Positions 1 through 10,000 of a stretch of DNA of 64,000 nucleotides are shown here, in pieces (position 1 is the first letter of the stretch; every line of letters begins with the position of its first letter). Location of the stretch: positions 2,592,001-2,656,000 of the forward strand of contig OZ251459.1 in assembly GCA_965242525.1 (NCBI GenBank), written 5' to 3'. The notes beneath the pieces are model-generated. The model saw only the letters and a list, made by a program, of their open reading frames with translations, was not told the origin of the DNA and ran no database searches. Both the position numbers and the translations under genes were made by a program. Source of the DNA: an uncultured Candidatus Binatia bacterium (GTDB lineage Bacteria > Desulfobacterota > Binatia > UBA9968 > JAJDTQ01).

Positions 1-1848
1 GAAACGAGGAGGGACTTCGAGGCGATCATGGCGTCCATCGCCGGCCTGACCGGGAGTTACGGCGCCGGCGACCGGAAATGGGACTCCAGGCCGGAGGCGA
101 GCGCCCACGTCGGGAACTTCAGCCTCGGCCTGAGGCGTCCCGAGCACGACCTCGATCCGGTCAGGAGGGGGATGCGGCTCATGGCCCGGGAGGGCCGCGT
201 GATGGTCGCGGCCGCGGGGAACGACGGCGAGGTCGATCCGTCCACCTATCCCGCCATCGGAGTGGCGGACGAGGGCGTCGCAGGGTGGGCCATGGCGGTG
301 GGCGCGCTGGACGCGACGGGCGAGGCCGCGGCGTCGTGGAGCAACCGGTGCGGCAGGGTCAAGAGGTGGTGCCTGTTCGCGCCGGGGACGGACATCAACT
401 CTACCCAAGGCGCCTACCATGACACGTCCCGGGATCATGGCCCCAGCGAGGGCACGTCCTTGGCCGCGCCGCACGTGGCCGGGGCCGTGGCCGCGGTCTG
501 GGGCGCGTTTCCGAACAAGACCGGCACGCAGATCGTCGATCGCATCCTGAGCACCGCCCGGCAGGTGGACACCGCGAACGGCGCTTACGACGCCGACGGC
601 CTTTCCGCCATCTACGGCCACGGCGCCCTCGACCTCGGCGCGGCGATGAACCCGGTGGGCTTCACCAGCCTGGCGGTGGGCGGCTCCGGGACGGTCCCGG
701 TGCGGCGGAGCTTCGTCTCCCTGCCGCCGGGCTTCCGGCACCGCCCCACCGCGGCGCTGCGGGACGCCATCGTCTATGACACCCAGATGTTCCCGTTCCT
801 GCACGACCTGAACGGCGCGGTTCGAGCGCACCGGCAGCGTTCGGCCGCGAGCGCGGTGGACGATTTCCTGTCCCTGCGGCGCTACGTCCGGTGGGCGTCG
901 CGTCCGGGCCGCCGGACCCGGTTGGAGTTGGCAGGGCCGCAACGGGACCGCACCGGCCGGGAGCCGTGGGACGAGGTACGCGGCCCGCAGTTTCGCGTGG
1001 CGGCAACGCCGGCCCTGTCGTTCCGGTTCGGTCCGAGCTTCGGAGTCCGGGGGGTATCGAACGACTTCGTGGCCCGGCGCCTGGGGCGGGGCTTGTTCGG
1101 GGAGGGGTTCGTGGTGGGGCCGTTCACGGAGTTGGTGGGGAAAGGCGCGGCGCTGGGGGTGGACTGGCGTGGGGACGAGCGCACGCGGCTGGACTTGGTG
1201 GGGAAGACGGGGTCGGGTTATTTCGGGGACGGTCGGGCGTGGCTGGCTTCGTTCGGGGTGACCCGGGGGTTGGGGTCCGGCCTGAGTCTGGGGGCGCGCT
1301 ACGGGGCGTTGCGGGAGCGGGGTTCGCTGCTGGGCATCCGGGGGAGCGGTGCGTTCGGTGGGGCTTCGGGTGGGCGCACGGACTTCGTGGACCTGGGGGT
1401 GGAGTGGCAGGTCGCATCCGGCCCGGTGTTTTTCGGCAGCGTCGGTCGTGGGTTGACGAAGGGCGAAGCGGGCGGCCCCGGGTCGCTGATAACGGGGTGG
1501 AGGGGAGGCCGTGGGGAGTCGTTCGCGCTGGGAGGCGAGTGGACGGACGTGTGGCGTGATGCGGACCGTCTGACCCTGTCGGCGTCTTCGCCGTTGCGCC
1601 CGCGGGGAGCGGGGATGTACGTGGAGGTGCCGGACCGGGAGTTGGGGGACGGAGTGGTGGGATACACGCGGCATTGGGTGGACCTGTCGCCTCGGGGTCG
1701 GGAATTGCGGTTGCAACTGGTGTACGAGACGGACATGGCCCCGGGTGCGGCGTTGACCCTGGGGAGCTTCCTGCGGCTGCACCCGGACCACGACCCGATG
1801 GCGGCGTCGGAATACGGCGCGGCCGCCAGACTGCGGGTGGATTTCTGA
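1..1848 (+). CDS. S8 (subtilase) serine peptidase with C-terminal outer-membrane beta-barrel-like region; 5'-truncated by the window edge
   Basis: Contains AAGNDG oxyanion motif, GTSLAAPHVAG catalytic Ser motif and YGHGALDL; ends in amphipathic beta-strands with terminal Phe. The frame is open from base 1 and the catalytic Asp/His motifs are not seen, so the start lies upstream. Confidence 0.85.
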   Translation, partial: ETRRDFEAIMASIAGLTGSYGAGDRKWDSRPEASAHVGNFSLGLRRPEHDLDPVRRGMRLMAREGRVMVAAAGNDGEVDPSTYPAIGVADEGVAGWAMAVGALDATGEAAASWSNRCGRVKRWCLFAPGTDINSTQGAYHDTSRDHGPSEGTSLAAPHVAGAVAAVWGAFPNKTGTQIVDRILSTARQVDTANGAYDADGLSAIYGHGALDLGAAMNPVGFTSLAVGGSGTVPVRRSFVSLPPGFRHRPTAALRDAIVYDTQMFPFLHDLNGAVRAHRQRSAASAVDDFLSLRRYVRWASRPGRRTRLELAGPQRDRTGREPWDEVRGPQFRVAATPALSFRFGPSFGVRGVSNDFVARRLGRGLFGEGFVVGPFTELVGKGAALGVDWRGDERTRLDLVGKTGSGYFGDGRAWLASFGVTRGLGSGLSLGARYGALRERGSLLGIRGSGAFGGASGGRTDFVDLGVEWQVASGPVFFGSVGRGLTKGEAGGPGSLITGWRGGRGESFALGGEWTDVWRDADRLTLSASSPLRPRGAGMYVEVPDRELGDGVVGYTRHWVDLSPRGRELRLQLVYETDMAPGAALTLGSFLRLHPDHDPMAASEYGAAARLRVDF

Positions 1849-1853
1849 GAGCC

Positions 1854-2027
1854 GGAACCTCTGAACAATCGGGACATCCGGGATGGCTTCCCGATGCCCT
1901 CCCCCTGACGCCCCTATCCCCGTTCGTCCTGAGCGTAGCGAAGCGGAGACCTCCGTTCATCCTGAGCGTAGCGAAGCGAAGTCGAAGGACGCGCTCATGC
2001 CCCCTGTCCCGATTGTTCAGAGGTTCC
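1854..2027. mobile_element. MITE with perfect 23-bp TIR and AGCC target-site duplication
   Basis: GGAACCTCTGAACAATCGGGACA (1854-1876) and its reverse complement (2005-2027); AGCC at 1850-1853 and 2028-2031; internal CCCGTTCGTCCTGAGCGTAGCGAAGCG units. Confidence 0.9.
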
Positions 2028-2185
2028 AGCCGTGTGTCGGGAGGTCCCGAAGTGACCTGCCCGGTGGTAGATGGTATGGTATAGCCATGCCTTCAGCCCT
2101 GCGACCCCTGCGGCTCTTCGCCCGATCCCTTCAGCGACGGATCCCGTGAGGGTACGGTCGTGGCGCGCGGACAGGAGATGCAATC

Positions 2186-5100
2186 GTGCGGACCGTAAAG
2201 CAGGCTTGCAGACCCCGGCCAAGCGTCTTCGATCCCACGCGCCGCGACACGGTGCTCGACCTGACGGACCTGGTGGACGGCCGCATCGACCCGGCCGGAT
2301 TCTTTGCCGAGAACCACGTCACGGAGGGTATGAGGACCCTGCTCACCGAGGGGTTCCGGCGTCTGGAAGGGAAGTCGGCGCAAGGGGTTTTCAAGCTGAC
2401 CCAGGCCATGGGCGGCGGCAAGACCCACAACCTCCTGGCGCTTGGGCTCCTGGCAGGGCATCCCGACTTCCGGGCCGAGGTCATGGGCGGTTTCTACACC
2501 CCGGACCCTGAACTCGGGCCGGTGCGCGTGGTGGCCTTTTCCGGGCGCGAGAGCGACGCGCCGCTCGGCATCTGGGGCGCCATCGCGGAGCAGCTCGGCA
2601 GGAAGGAGCAGTTCGCCGACTACTACGCGCCTCTGGCCGCCCCGGGCCAGACCGCCTGGGTGAAGCTGCTCGAGGGCGAGCCGCTCGTCATCATGCTGGA
2701 CGAGTTGCCGCCCTATTTCCTCAACGCGGCATCCAGGAGCATCGGCAACTCGGACCTGTCCGCGGTCACCACCACCGCGCTGTCGAACCTCCTGGTCGCG
2801 GTCGGACGGGACGAACTGCGCAACGTCTGCCTGGTGATCTCCGACCTCAAGGCGACGTACGGCGCGGGGGCCGCGCAGATCGTCGCGGCGCTGGAAGACC
2901 TGGAGGCCGAGACCGGCCGCACCGCCATGAACCTGGAGCCCGTCCGCATGAACACGGACGAGTTCTACCACATCCTCCGCAAGCGCATCTTCGAGGCGCT
3001 GCCGGACGAGGCGGAGGTCCATGAGGTGGCGCAGGGCTACGCCAAGGCGGTGCGCGAAGCGAAGCAGATGGACGTGACGAACGCCTCGCCCGAGCGGTTC
3101 GCCGCGCAGGTCGCCGAGTCGTACCCCTTCCATCCGGCCATCCGCGACCTCTATGGCCGCTTTCGGGAGAACCAGGGTTTCCAGCAGACCCGCGGGCTGA
3201 TTCGCCTGATGCGGATCGTCGTGTCGCGGATCTGGGATACCGGCCATGACCCCCACCTCGTCGCCGCCCACGACGTGGACCTGGAGAGCCGCGAGACCCT
3301 CACCGAGATCAACCAGATCAACCCGACCCTCGAGAACGCCATCGCCCACGACATCGCGTCGGGCGGCGCCGCCGTGGCCGAGACCATCGACGCCAACCTG
3401 GGAGGCGGCGAGGACGCCCGGGACGTCATGCGGCTGCTCCTGGTCGCTTCGCTGGCGAACGTCCCGAACGCCGTCAAGGGGCTCGCCGTCCCCGAGATCG
3501 TCGCCAACCTGTGCGCGCCCGGGCGAGACCTCTCCAAGCTCCAGAACGAGGTGGTCGCGCGCCTCGCGACCGCGGCCTGGTACCTGCACACGACCAACGA
3601 CGGGCGTCTGCACCTGCGCAACGTGCAGAACCTCATCGCCCGCGTGACCACCACCGCGGGCGCCTACCTCCGCGACCAGGCCACGAAGGAGCTCAAGGAA
3701 CGGCTGACGGAGATCTTCGATCCGGTCGAGGCCTCCTGCTACCAGCGCCTGCAACCGCTCCCGGCCGTGGACGAGATCGACGTCCAGCCCGACCGGGTGA
3801 CGCTGGTGGTGACCGAGCCGCATCCGGCGGGCCTGCACCCGGACCTTGCCATCCTGTACGATCAACTCACCTACCGGAACCGCATCTGTTTCCTGACCGG
3901 GCAGCGGGCCTTCGGCTCACTGCTGGAACGCGCGCGGGAGTTGAAGGCCATCAACCAGATCATCGGCGAGATGCAGGAGGAAGGCGTGGCCGATGGCGAC
4001 CCGCAGATGCAACAAGCTCGGGACCAGCTTATGCCGCGCTTCCTCGCCCAGTTCCACAGCGCCGTCCGGGAAACTTTCACCACGCTATACTACCCCACCA
4101 AGGACCGGCTGGCGAAGGTGGACTTTCTCATGGAGTTCAAGGAGAACCGCTACGATGGCGAAGAACAGGTGAGGGAGGCGCTCGCGGACCGGCAGAAGTA
4201 CACCACGGACGTCGCGAGCGAGAACTTTCGCAAGAAGCTGGAAGCCCGGCTGTTCACCCAGAAGTCCATGTTGTGGACGGAGGTCGTGCGCCGGGCCGCG
4301 GCCAACCCCGTGTGGCAGTGGCACCATCCCGACGCCCTCGACCGGATGAAGCAGGACTGCCTGCACAAGGACCTCTGGCGGGAGGAGGGGAGCTACGTCG
4401 ACAAGGGACCCTTCCCAAAGCCCACGACCAGCGTGCGCATCCGGGAGCTGTCCCGCGACGAGGACACCGGAGCGGTGAAGCTGCGGCTCGCTCCCGCCAA
4501 CGCCGACCGGCTCCATGCAGAGTTCGGCGGCGCGGCGACCCGGGCTTCGATGGCGGTGGAGGGAGCGGATTTCGAGACCGCGGAGCTTCGCGTTTCCTTC
4601 CTCGCAGTGGACTCCGGGGGCGAGCATGACACCGGGGAGCCAGTGGAGTGGTCGAACCGTATCACATTGAAGTCGCGCGAGTACCCGGACGGCGACCGAC
4701 GTATGGTCGAGCTCCGCTCGGCTCCGGAAGCGCCCATCCGCTACACCACGGACGGCTCCGACCCGAAGGTCAACGGCGGCGCCTATGAAGGGCCGTTCGC
4801 GGCGCCGGAGGGCGTCCGCCTGGTGCTCGCGGTCGCAGAAAAGGATGGAATCGCTTCCGAGGTCCACCGGCGCGACATAGCCGACAGACAGGAGGCCAAG
4901 CCCATCGACAAGAGCCGTCCCGCGGTGTGGCGTCCGTCCGGAGGGTTCTCGTTCCAGGCCACCCGCAGCGCCTACGGCTTCATCAACCGGTTGAAGAAGC
5001 ACGAAGCCTCCGCGGGCGGACTGCGCTTCGCGGCCCAGGCCGGCGGGACTTGGGGCGAGGTCATCCTCTCCGACGACGTGGAGTTGGGCGGCGACCGGGT

Positions 5101-5251
5101 AGAGCAGACGGTCGAGCAACTCAGGGGGCTCGTGCCCGACGGCGAAGTCTCCGTCGAGGCGAAGCTCGTGCGCTACGACACGGGCCAGCGTTTCCTGGAC
5201 TGGGTGGCGGAGACCCGGGCGGAATACGACCGCGACGACGTGGAGCCTTGA
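2186..5251 (+). CDS. DUF499 AAA+ ATPase of restriction-like (Gao RL / BREX-related) defence system
   Basis: Walker A QAMGGGKTH, Walker B IMLDEL, SYPFHP motif, C-terminal Fn3-like IRYTTDGSDP; AGGAG RBS; 1021 aa; operon context. Confidence 0.9.
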   Translation: MRTVKQACRPRPSVFDPTRRDTVLDLTDLVDGRIDPAGFFAENHVTEGMRTLLTEGFRRLEGKSAQGVFKLTQAMGGGKTHNLLALGLLAGHPDFRAEVMGGFYTPDPELGPVRVVAFSGRESDAPLGIWGAIAEQLGRKEQFADYYAPLAAPGQTAWVKLLEGEPLVIMLDELPPYFLNAASRSIGNSDLSAVTTTALSNLLVAVGRDELRNVCLVISDLKATYGAGAAQIVAALEDLEAETGRTAMNLEPVRMNTDEFYHILRKRIFEALPDEAEVHEVAQGYAKAVREAKQMDVTNASPERFAAQVAESYPFHPAIRDLYGRFRENQGFQQTRGLIRLMRIVVSRIWDTGHDPHLVAAHDVDLESRETLTEINQINPTLENAIAHDIASGGAAVAETIDANLGGGEDARDVMRLLLVASLANVPNAVKGLAVPEIVANLCAPGRDLSKLQNEVVARLATAAWYLHTTNDGRLHLRNVQNLIARVTTTAGAYLRDQATKELKERLTEIFDPVEASCYQRLQPLPAVDEIDVQPDRVTLVVTEPHPAGLHPDLAILYDQLTYRNRICFLTGQRAFGSLLERARELKAINQIIGEMQEEGVADGDPQMQQARDQLMPRFLAQFHSAVRETFTTLYYPTKDRLAKVDFLMEFKENRYDGEEQVREALADRQKYTTDVASENFRKKLEARLFTQKSMLWTEVVRRAAANPVWQWHHPDALDRMKQDCLHKDLWREEGSYVDKGPFPKPTTSVRIRELSRDEDTGAVKLRLAPANADRLHAEFGGAATRASMAVEGADFETAELRVSFLAVDSGGEHDTGEPVEWSNRITLKSREYPDGDRRMVELRSAPEAPIRYTTDGSDPKVNGGAYEGPFAAPEGVRLVLAVAEKDGIASEVHRRDIADRQEAKPIDKSRPAVWRPSGGFSFQATRSAYGFINRLKKHEASAGGLRFAAQAGGTWGEVILSDDVELGGDRVEQTVEQLRGLVPDGEVSVEAKLVRYDTGQRFLDWVAETRAEYDRDDVEP

Positions 5252-5919
5252 GCGTGGAAACCCGTTCCAAGCCGCTGGGGTTCGGTTTCCGGCCCGAAGA
5301 GTCGGAGCACCACTTCGTGGTGACCGTGCCTTCGAGGAGCCGTGAAGACGTCCTCGTCGCCGAGTACCTGCGCTTCGACCCGGCGACGGGCTACGGGCCT
5401 CCCTCGCTCGGAGTCGGCCCCCATGATTCCAGGCTACGGGCCGCGCTGCCGCGCGCCAAGTGGGACGCCATCGCCGACGAGGCGCGCGTCGAGTTCAACC
5501 GCCGGCTCAAGAAGCAGGGCCTGCCGCCGGGACGCTGGAAGCGGGGCGACACCCCGGTCGCCCGCCTGCTGGGCAAGGAGCTGACGCTCCTCGCCTGGGC
5601 GGTGGAAGACGCCGACCCGGCGCTCATCCCCCCCGCGCTCAAGAACTGGCTGGGGCTCGCGCCCGAAGAACGGTGGTGGCTGTTCACCATGACCAACGCC
5701 GCCACCGGCCACGCCCTGCACGGCAGGAACAAGGGCTGGCGCAAGGCGGTGCGTTTCGCCCTCACCGAGAACCCGGTGACCGGCGACCGCCAGGAGCGCC
5801 AGAGCGACATCTTCCGGCTGGTGGCCGCGGAGGAGCGTTCGGACCCCCCGCGCCGGGACCGGAGCCGGGAGGACGCCGCGCCGCGCAGGGCGGTTGCGGC
5901 GGGCCGCGGCGGGGCGTGA
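5248..5919 (+). CDS. DUF3780 anti-phage-associated protein
   Basis: LGFGF start, RLLGKELTLLAWAVE and NWLGLAPEERWWLFTMT...GWRKAVRFALTENP motifs; TTG start overlaps the DUF499 stop (TTGA). Confidence 0.85.
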   Translation: MSVETRSKPLGFGFRPEESEHHFVVTVPSRSREDVLVAEYLRFDPATGYGPPSLGVGPHDSRLRAALPRAKWDAIADEARVEFNRRLKKQGLPPGRWKRGDTPVARLLGKELTLLAWAVEDADPALIPPALKNWLGLAPEERWWLFTMTNAATGHALHGRNKGWRKAVRFALTENPVTGDRQERQSDIFRLVAAEERSDPPRRDRSREDAAPRRAVAAGRGGA

Positions 5920-6023
5920 GGCGCCCGATGCCAAGCAGCGCGGAGATGCGTTCCTTCGAGGCAGCTTGAAGCATTGCCGTCAATCTGCAATCATAACGCT
6001 CTCCATTCGCAGGAGTTCAGGCC

Positions 6024-6260
6024 ATGGCCAACGTAACCGTACGCAACATCGACGACGACGTGATCGCCTCCCTCAAGGCGCAAGCAAAGGCGCACCACCG
6101 GTCCCTGGAGGGCGAGATCCGTCATCTCCTGGCAACGCACGTTTCGCGGCGAACGCGGATGGCAGGCTTCCGCGACCGCACGGCGCACCTCAGCGCCCAA
6201 ACCGAAGACCGCCCTCAAACCGATAGCGTCGTTCTCCTGCGCGAGGACCGGGATCGTTGA
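6024..6260 (+). CDS. FitA-like ribbon-helix-helix antitoxin
   Basis: MANVTVRNIDDDVIASLKAQAKAHHRSLEGEIRHLL; C-terminal DSVVLLREDRDR; AGGAG RBS; coupled to the PIN gene. Confidence 0.85.
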   Translation: MANVTVRNIDDDVIASLKAQAKAHHRSLEGEIRHLLATHVSRRTRMAGFRDRTAHLSAQTEDRPQTDSVVLLREDRDR

Positions 6261-7084
6261 AGCTGATCGTTGACGCCAGCATCGCGGTCAAGTGGTTCTT
6301 CACGGAATCCCATACGGCCGAGGCCCGACGGCTTCTGGCGCACCGCATCGTCTTGCATGCCCCCAGCCTCATACTCACGGAGGCGGCCAACGTGATATGG
6401 AAGAAGGCGCGGCGCAAGGAAATACCGGACGCGCAGCCCTACCTTGCCGAGCTTGTCGCTCTTTCGGACGTGGTGACACTGCGTCCGTCCGCGGACCTCA
6501 TCGTGCCGGCAATGACCATTGCCCTGGCGCTCGACCACCCCATCTACGACTGTCTCTATCTCGCGTGCGCCGAAGCCGAAGGCGTGCCGCTCGTTACCGC
6601 GGACAAGAAGCTGCGAGAGGCTGCCGCACGCAACTCCGTGGATGTCTGGTACATCGGTGACGAAGACGCCAACCAGCGCATTGACGCCGCGGCCAACGGC
6701 TTGGTCATTCCGGAAGACAAACTCCGAGAGCTGATCGCAGCCTACGCAAACTTCCGTGACACCGCGGATTCCGTGATAGAAACCGTTCCCCTCCGTGGCC
6801 GACGGGTCAGGATATTGAGCAAGGAAGACCGGGACCGCTACCTCGACACTCCCGCTTATCGCCGCCTGGTCAATCTCCTCACGGAACTCTCTTACGACGA
6901 ACGCATCGACCTGATGGCCCTCGGGTGGCTGGGTCGGGGGTCCGGTTCCTGGGCTTCGTTGCTTGAACATGCCTACAAATCGGGAATAAACGATACATAC
7001 ACGAAGCATGTCCACTACGAAGCGGGTCTCGGCTTCTACTGGCAGAAGGGGATCGACCGGCTACGCAAGGCGCAACCAGCGTGA
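6257..7084 (+). CDS. VapC/PIN toxin with C-terminal DUF3775-like extension
   Basis: PIN acidic motifs IVDAS, LTEAANVIWK, IYDCLY, TADKKL; about 140 extra aa containing LSYDERIDLMALGWLGRG. Confidence 0.8.
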   Translation: MKLIVDASIAVKWFFTESHTAEARRLLAHRIVLHAPSLILTEAANVIWKKARRKEIPDAQPYLAELVALSDVVTLRPSADLIVPAMTIALALDHPIYDCLYLACAEAEGVPLVTADKKLREAAARNSVDVWYIGDEDANQRIDAAANGLVIPEDKLRELIAAYANFRDTADSVIETVPLRGRRVRILSKEDRDRYLDTPAYRRLVNLLTELSYDERIDLMALGWLGRGSGSWASLLEHAYKSGINDTYTKHVHYEAGLGFYWQKGIDRLRKAQPA

Positions 7085-10000
7085 ACACCTCTCCAACCTT
7101 CATCGAAACGCAGTTTCCCGTTTCGCGGCTGTCGAAGGAAAGCTACAAGGAGCGCAAGGCGAACTACAGCCAGACCCTGACCGGGCTCGGCAAGTGGTGG
7201 GGCCGCAAGCCGCTGGTGATGGTGCGGGCGATCATCCTCGGGCTGCTGATGCCCGCCTCGGACGATCCCCGGAAGGACCGGGACGTGTTCCTTGCGCTCC
7301 TGACGATGGACGAGGAAGGGCTGTGGCGGCGGAAGAACGGCAACATTCCGCTCAAGGAAGTGTATGGGCGGCTGTCGCCGGAGGAGCGGGCCGAGTGGTT
7401 TACCCATGACGCCGAACCTGACCGTCCCCGGCTCCGGAAGGGCACGAAAGCCGCGGATCGAGCGCGCCTGCAACGCATGGTCTTCGAGCGCATGGGCTAT
7501 GACGAGAAGCTCAAGTTGTGCGACCGGCCCGAGCACCTGGAAGGACCGTCCCCAGACGCCTGGAACGCCATCAACCGGCATCTGGGTACGGAGGCAGCCA
7601 GCCTGCCCGAGCTGGTGCGGGAGTTGGGCAAGCGCCGTTTCGGGCGCGTGCCGCGGGTGGGGGATGCGTTTTGCGGGGGCGGCAGCGTGCCTTTCGAGGC
7701 GGCCCGGCTCGGTTGCGAAGCCTATGGCTCCGACCTGAACCCGGTGGCCGCCCTGCTCACCTGGGGCGCGCTGAACATCGTCGGCGGCGGGGAGGATGTC
7801 GCCGAACGGATCCGGGCGGCGCAAACCGAGGTATTCGAAGCGGTGGACCGCCAAGTCACGGAATGGCGCATCGAGCACGACGAGGCCGGCTGGCGGGCCG
7901 ACGCCTTCCTCTACTGCACGGAGACCGCCTGCCCCGAATGCGGCTGGCGCGTGCCGCTCGCGCCGAGCTGGGTCATCGGCGAGAAGACGCGAGCCGTTGC
8001 GCGGCTGACGCCCGAGCCCGCGGAAAGGCGCTTCGCCATCGACGTCCGTTCGGGTGTTGGCCGGGAAGCGCTTGCCGCCGCCCGCAACGCCGGTACCGTG
8101 CGGCAGTCGCGGCTGGAATGTCCCAACCCCGCTTGCAACGCATCCACGCCCATGACCGCCATCCGCGGCGACCGGCGCGGGGACGGCGGACGCGGCCACG
8201 GGCTGCGGCAATGGGAGAACGACGACCTCGTGCCTCGGCCGGACGACGTGTTCCAGGAACGGCTGTACTGCGTGCGCTGGCGCCTCCCGTCCCTCGCCGC
8301 GCTGCTGTGGATGGAGCAGCGGTTGCGGGCGGCTGGCCGGCTTGAAGATGGGGCGGGCGGGAGGCCCGTGCCCCGGACGGGCACGCCGGTCCCGGGACAC
8401 TTGGATTCCCGCTTGCGCGGGAATGACGGAGGGGGCGGGATGTCCGTGTTCGACCAGGACATGCCGGGCCCAGAGGGGTTGCGACGGGAGGCTCCGGCGG
8501 GCGGGGTGACTGCCGTGCTGGAAGGCGCCCGGCGGAACTTTCATGCGGGCGAGACGCCCGCGTTCCCAGGAAGCGACCCTTCGCCAGCCGGCGGGATGCC
8601 CGCATTCCCAGGAAGCGAACCTTCGCTAGCCGGCGGGATCCCCGCGTTCCCAGAGGCGCCTCTCAGCCGTCATTCCCGCGAAAGCGGGAATCCAGAGACG
8701 CCCGTGCCCCGGGGGAGCACGCCGATCCCAGGAGCGTCCGGGATGCCGGATGTTGCACGGCGGGACGCTCATACAGGCGAGATGCCCGCGCTCCGAAGGA
8801 GCGCGCCAGTCCCAGGAGGGTTGCGCCGGGATGTTCGTGCGGAAGGGATGCTCGCGTTTCCGGACGCTTCACCGCCGCCCGTGCCGGAGTGGGTGGACCT
8901 CGAATGCGCGATTGCGGCCCTGGTCGAACGACTCGAAGCCGACGAGCAACGCGAAGTCGCGAAGCTGCGCAAGCGCGACTGGCCGGCCGAAGACCGCGCA
9001 GTCGAGGAGGCGCAACGCGAGTTCGAGGCCAAGAAGAGCGCGGGTTGCCCGAAGCGTGAACTGACGGCGGCGGCGCAACGGCTCAGGAAGGCGAGGGAGG
9101 CGGCGGACCGGAGAAAGGATCGAGTCGAGGCGCTTGCGAAGTCGCTCCCGGCAGCGCTGTACCGGGCCGTCGATGACGCCGATCTGGAGCGGGAAGCGTC
9201 GGCGCTCACCCTGCTTCGAGAGCGCTTCCCGGAGTGGCAGGCGCTCGGGTACGTCCCGAGCCGGGCGATCACCCCGGGTGCCAAGACGGACGAACCAATC
9301 CGGACACGCGGCTGGACGCACTGGCATCATCTGTTCACCTCGCGACAGCTCCTGGTCCACGGATCACTGGCCGAGAAGTCGGAGACGTTATCGGATGCCG
9401 CGGTGTCCGGCGCCGCCTGCCTCCTCGGACTCGGACGCGCCGCCGACTGGAACAGCAAGCTCTCGCGTTGGTGGACTGACGCAGCGCATGAGAAAGTCAT
9501 TCAAACCTTCAGTAATCAGGCGCTGAATACGCTGATGACCTTCGGCAGCCGGGGCATTCACGCACTGGCCGACTCATGGTTTCTCAAGCCGAGCGACGCT
9601 TCGGTTCATGGACCGTACACCTTGCAGACGACGGACGCGCGCGCCATCGATCGTCGTGCGGAGATCTGGATCACGGACCCGCCCTACGCGGACGCCATCA
9701 ACTACCACGAGCTGTCCGAATTCTTCCTCGCTTGGTACGAAAAAAGGCTGCCGGCCCTGTTCCGGGACTGGTACTCCGACAGCAAGCGCGCCCTCGCCGT
9801 TCGCGGCGCGGACGCCGACTTCCGGCGCAGCATGGTGGACTGCTACCGGAATCTCGCGGCCCACATGCCGGATGACGGCCTCCAGGTCGTCATGTTCACC
9901 CACCAGGACGCATCGATCTGGGCCGACCTCACCCTCATTCTCTGGGCCGCCGGCTTGCGCGTGACCGCGGCATGGACCGTCGCGACGGAGACGCCGTTCG

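Noticed and set aside
8280-9170. Intein in the methyltransferase
   Set aside because: No intein N-terminal block, terminal HN or LAGLIDADG motifs were seen; much of the insert is explained by DNA repeats.
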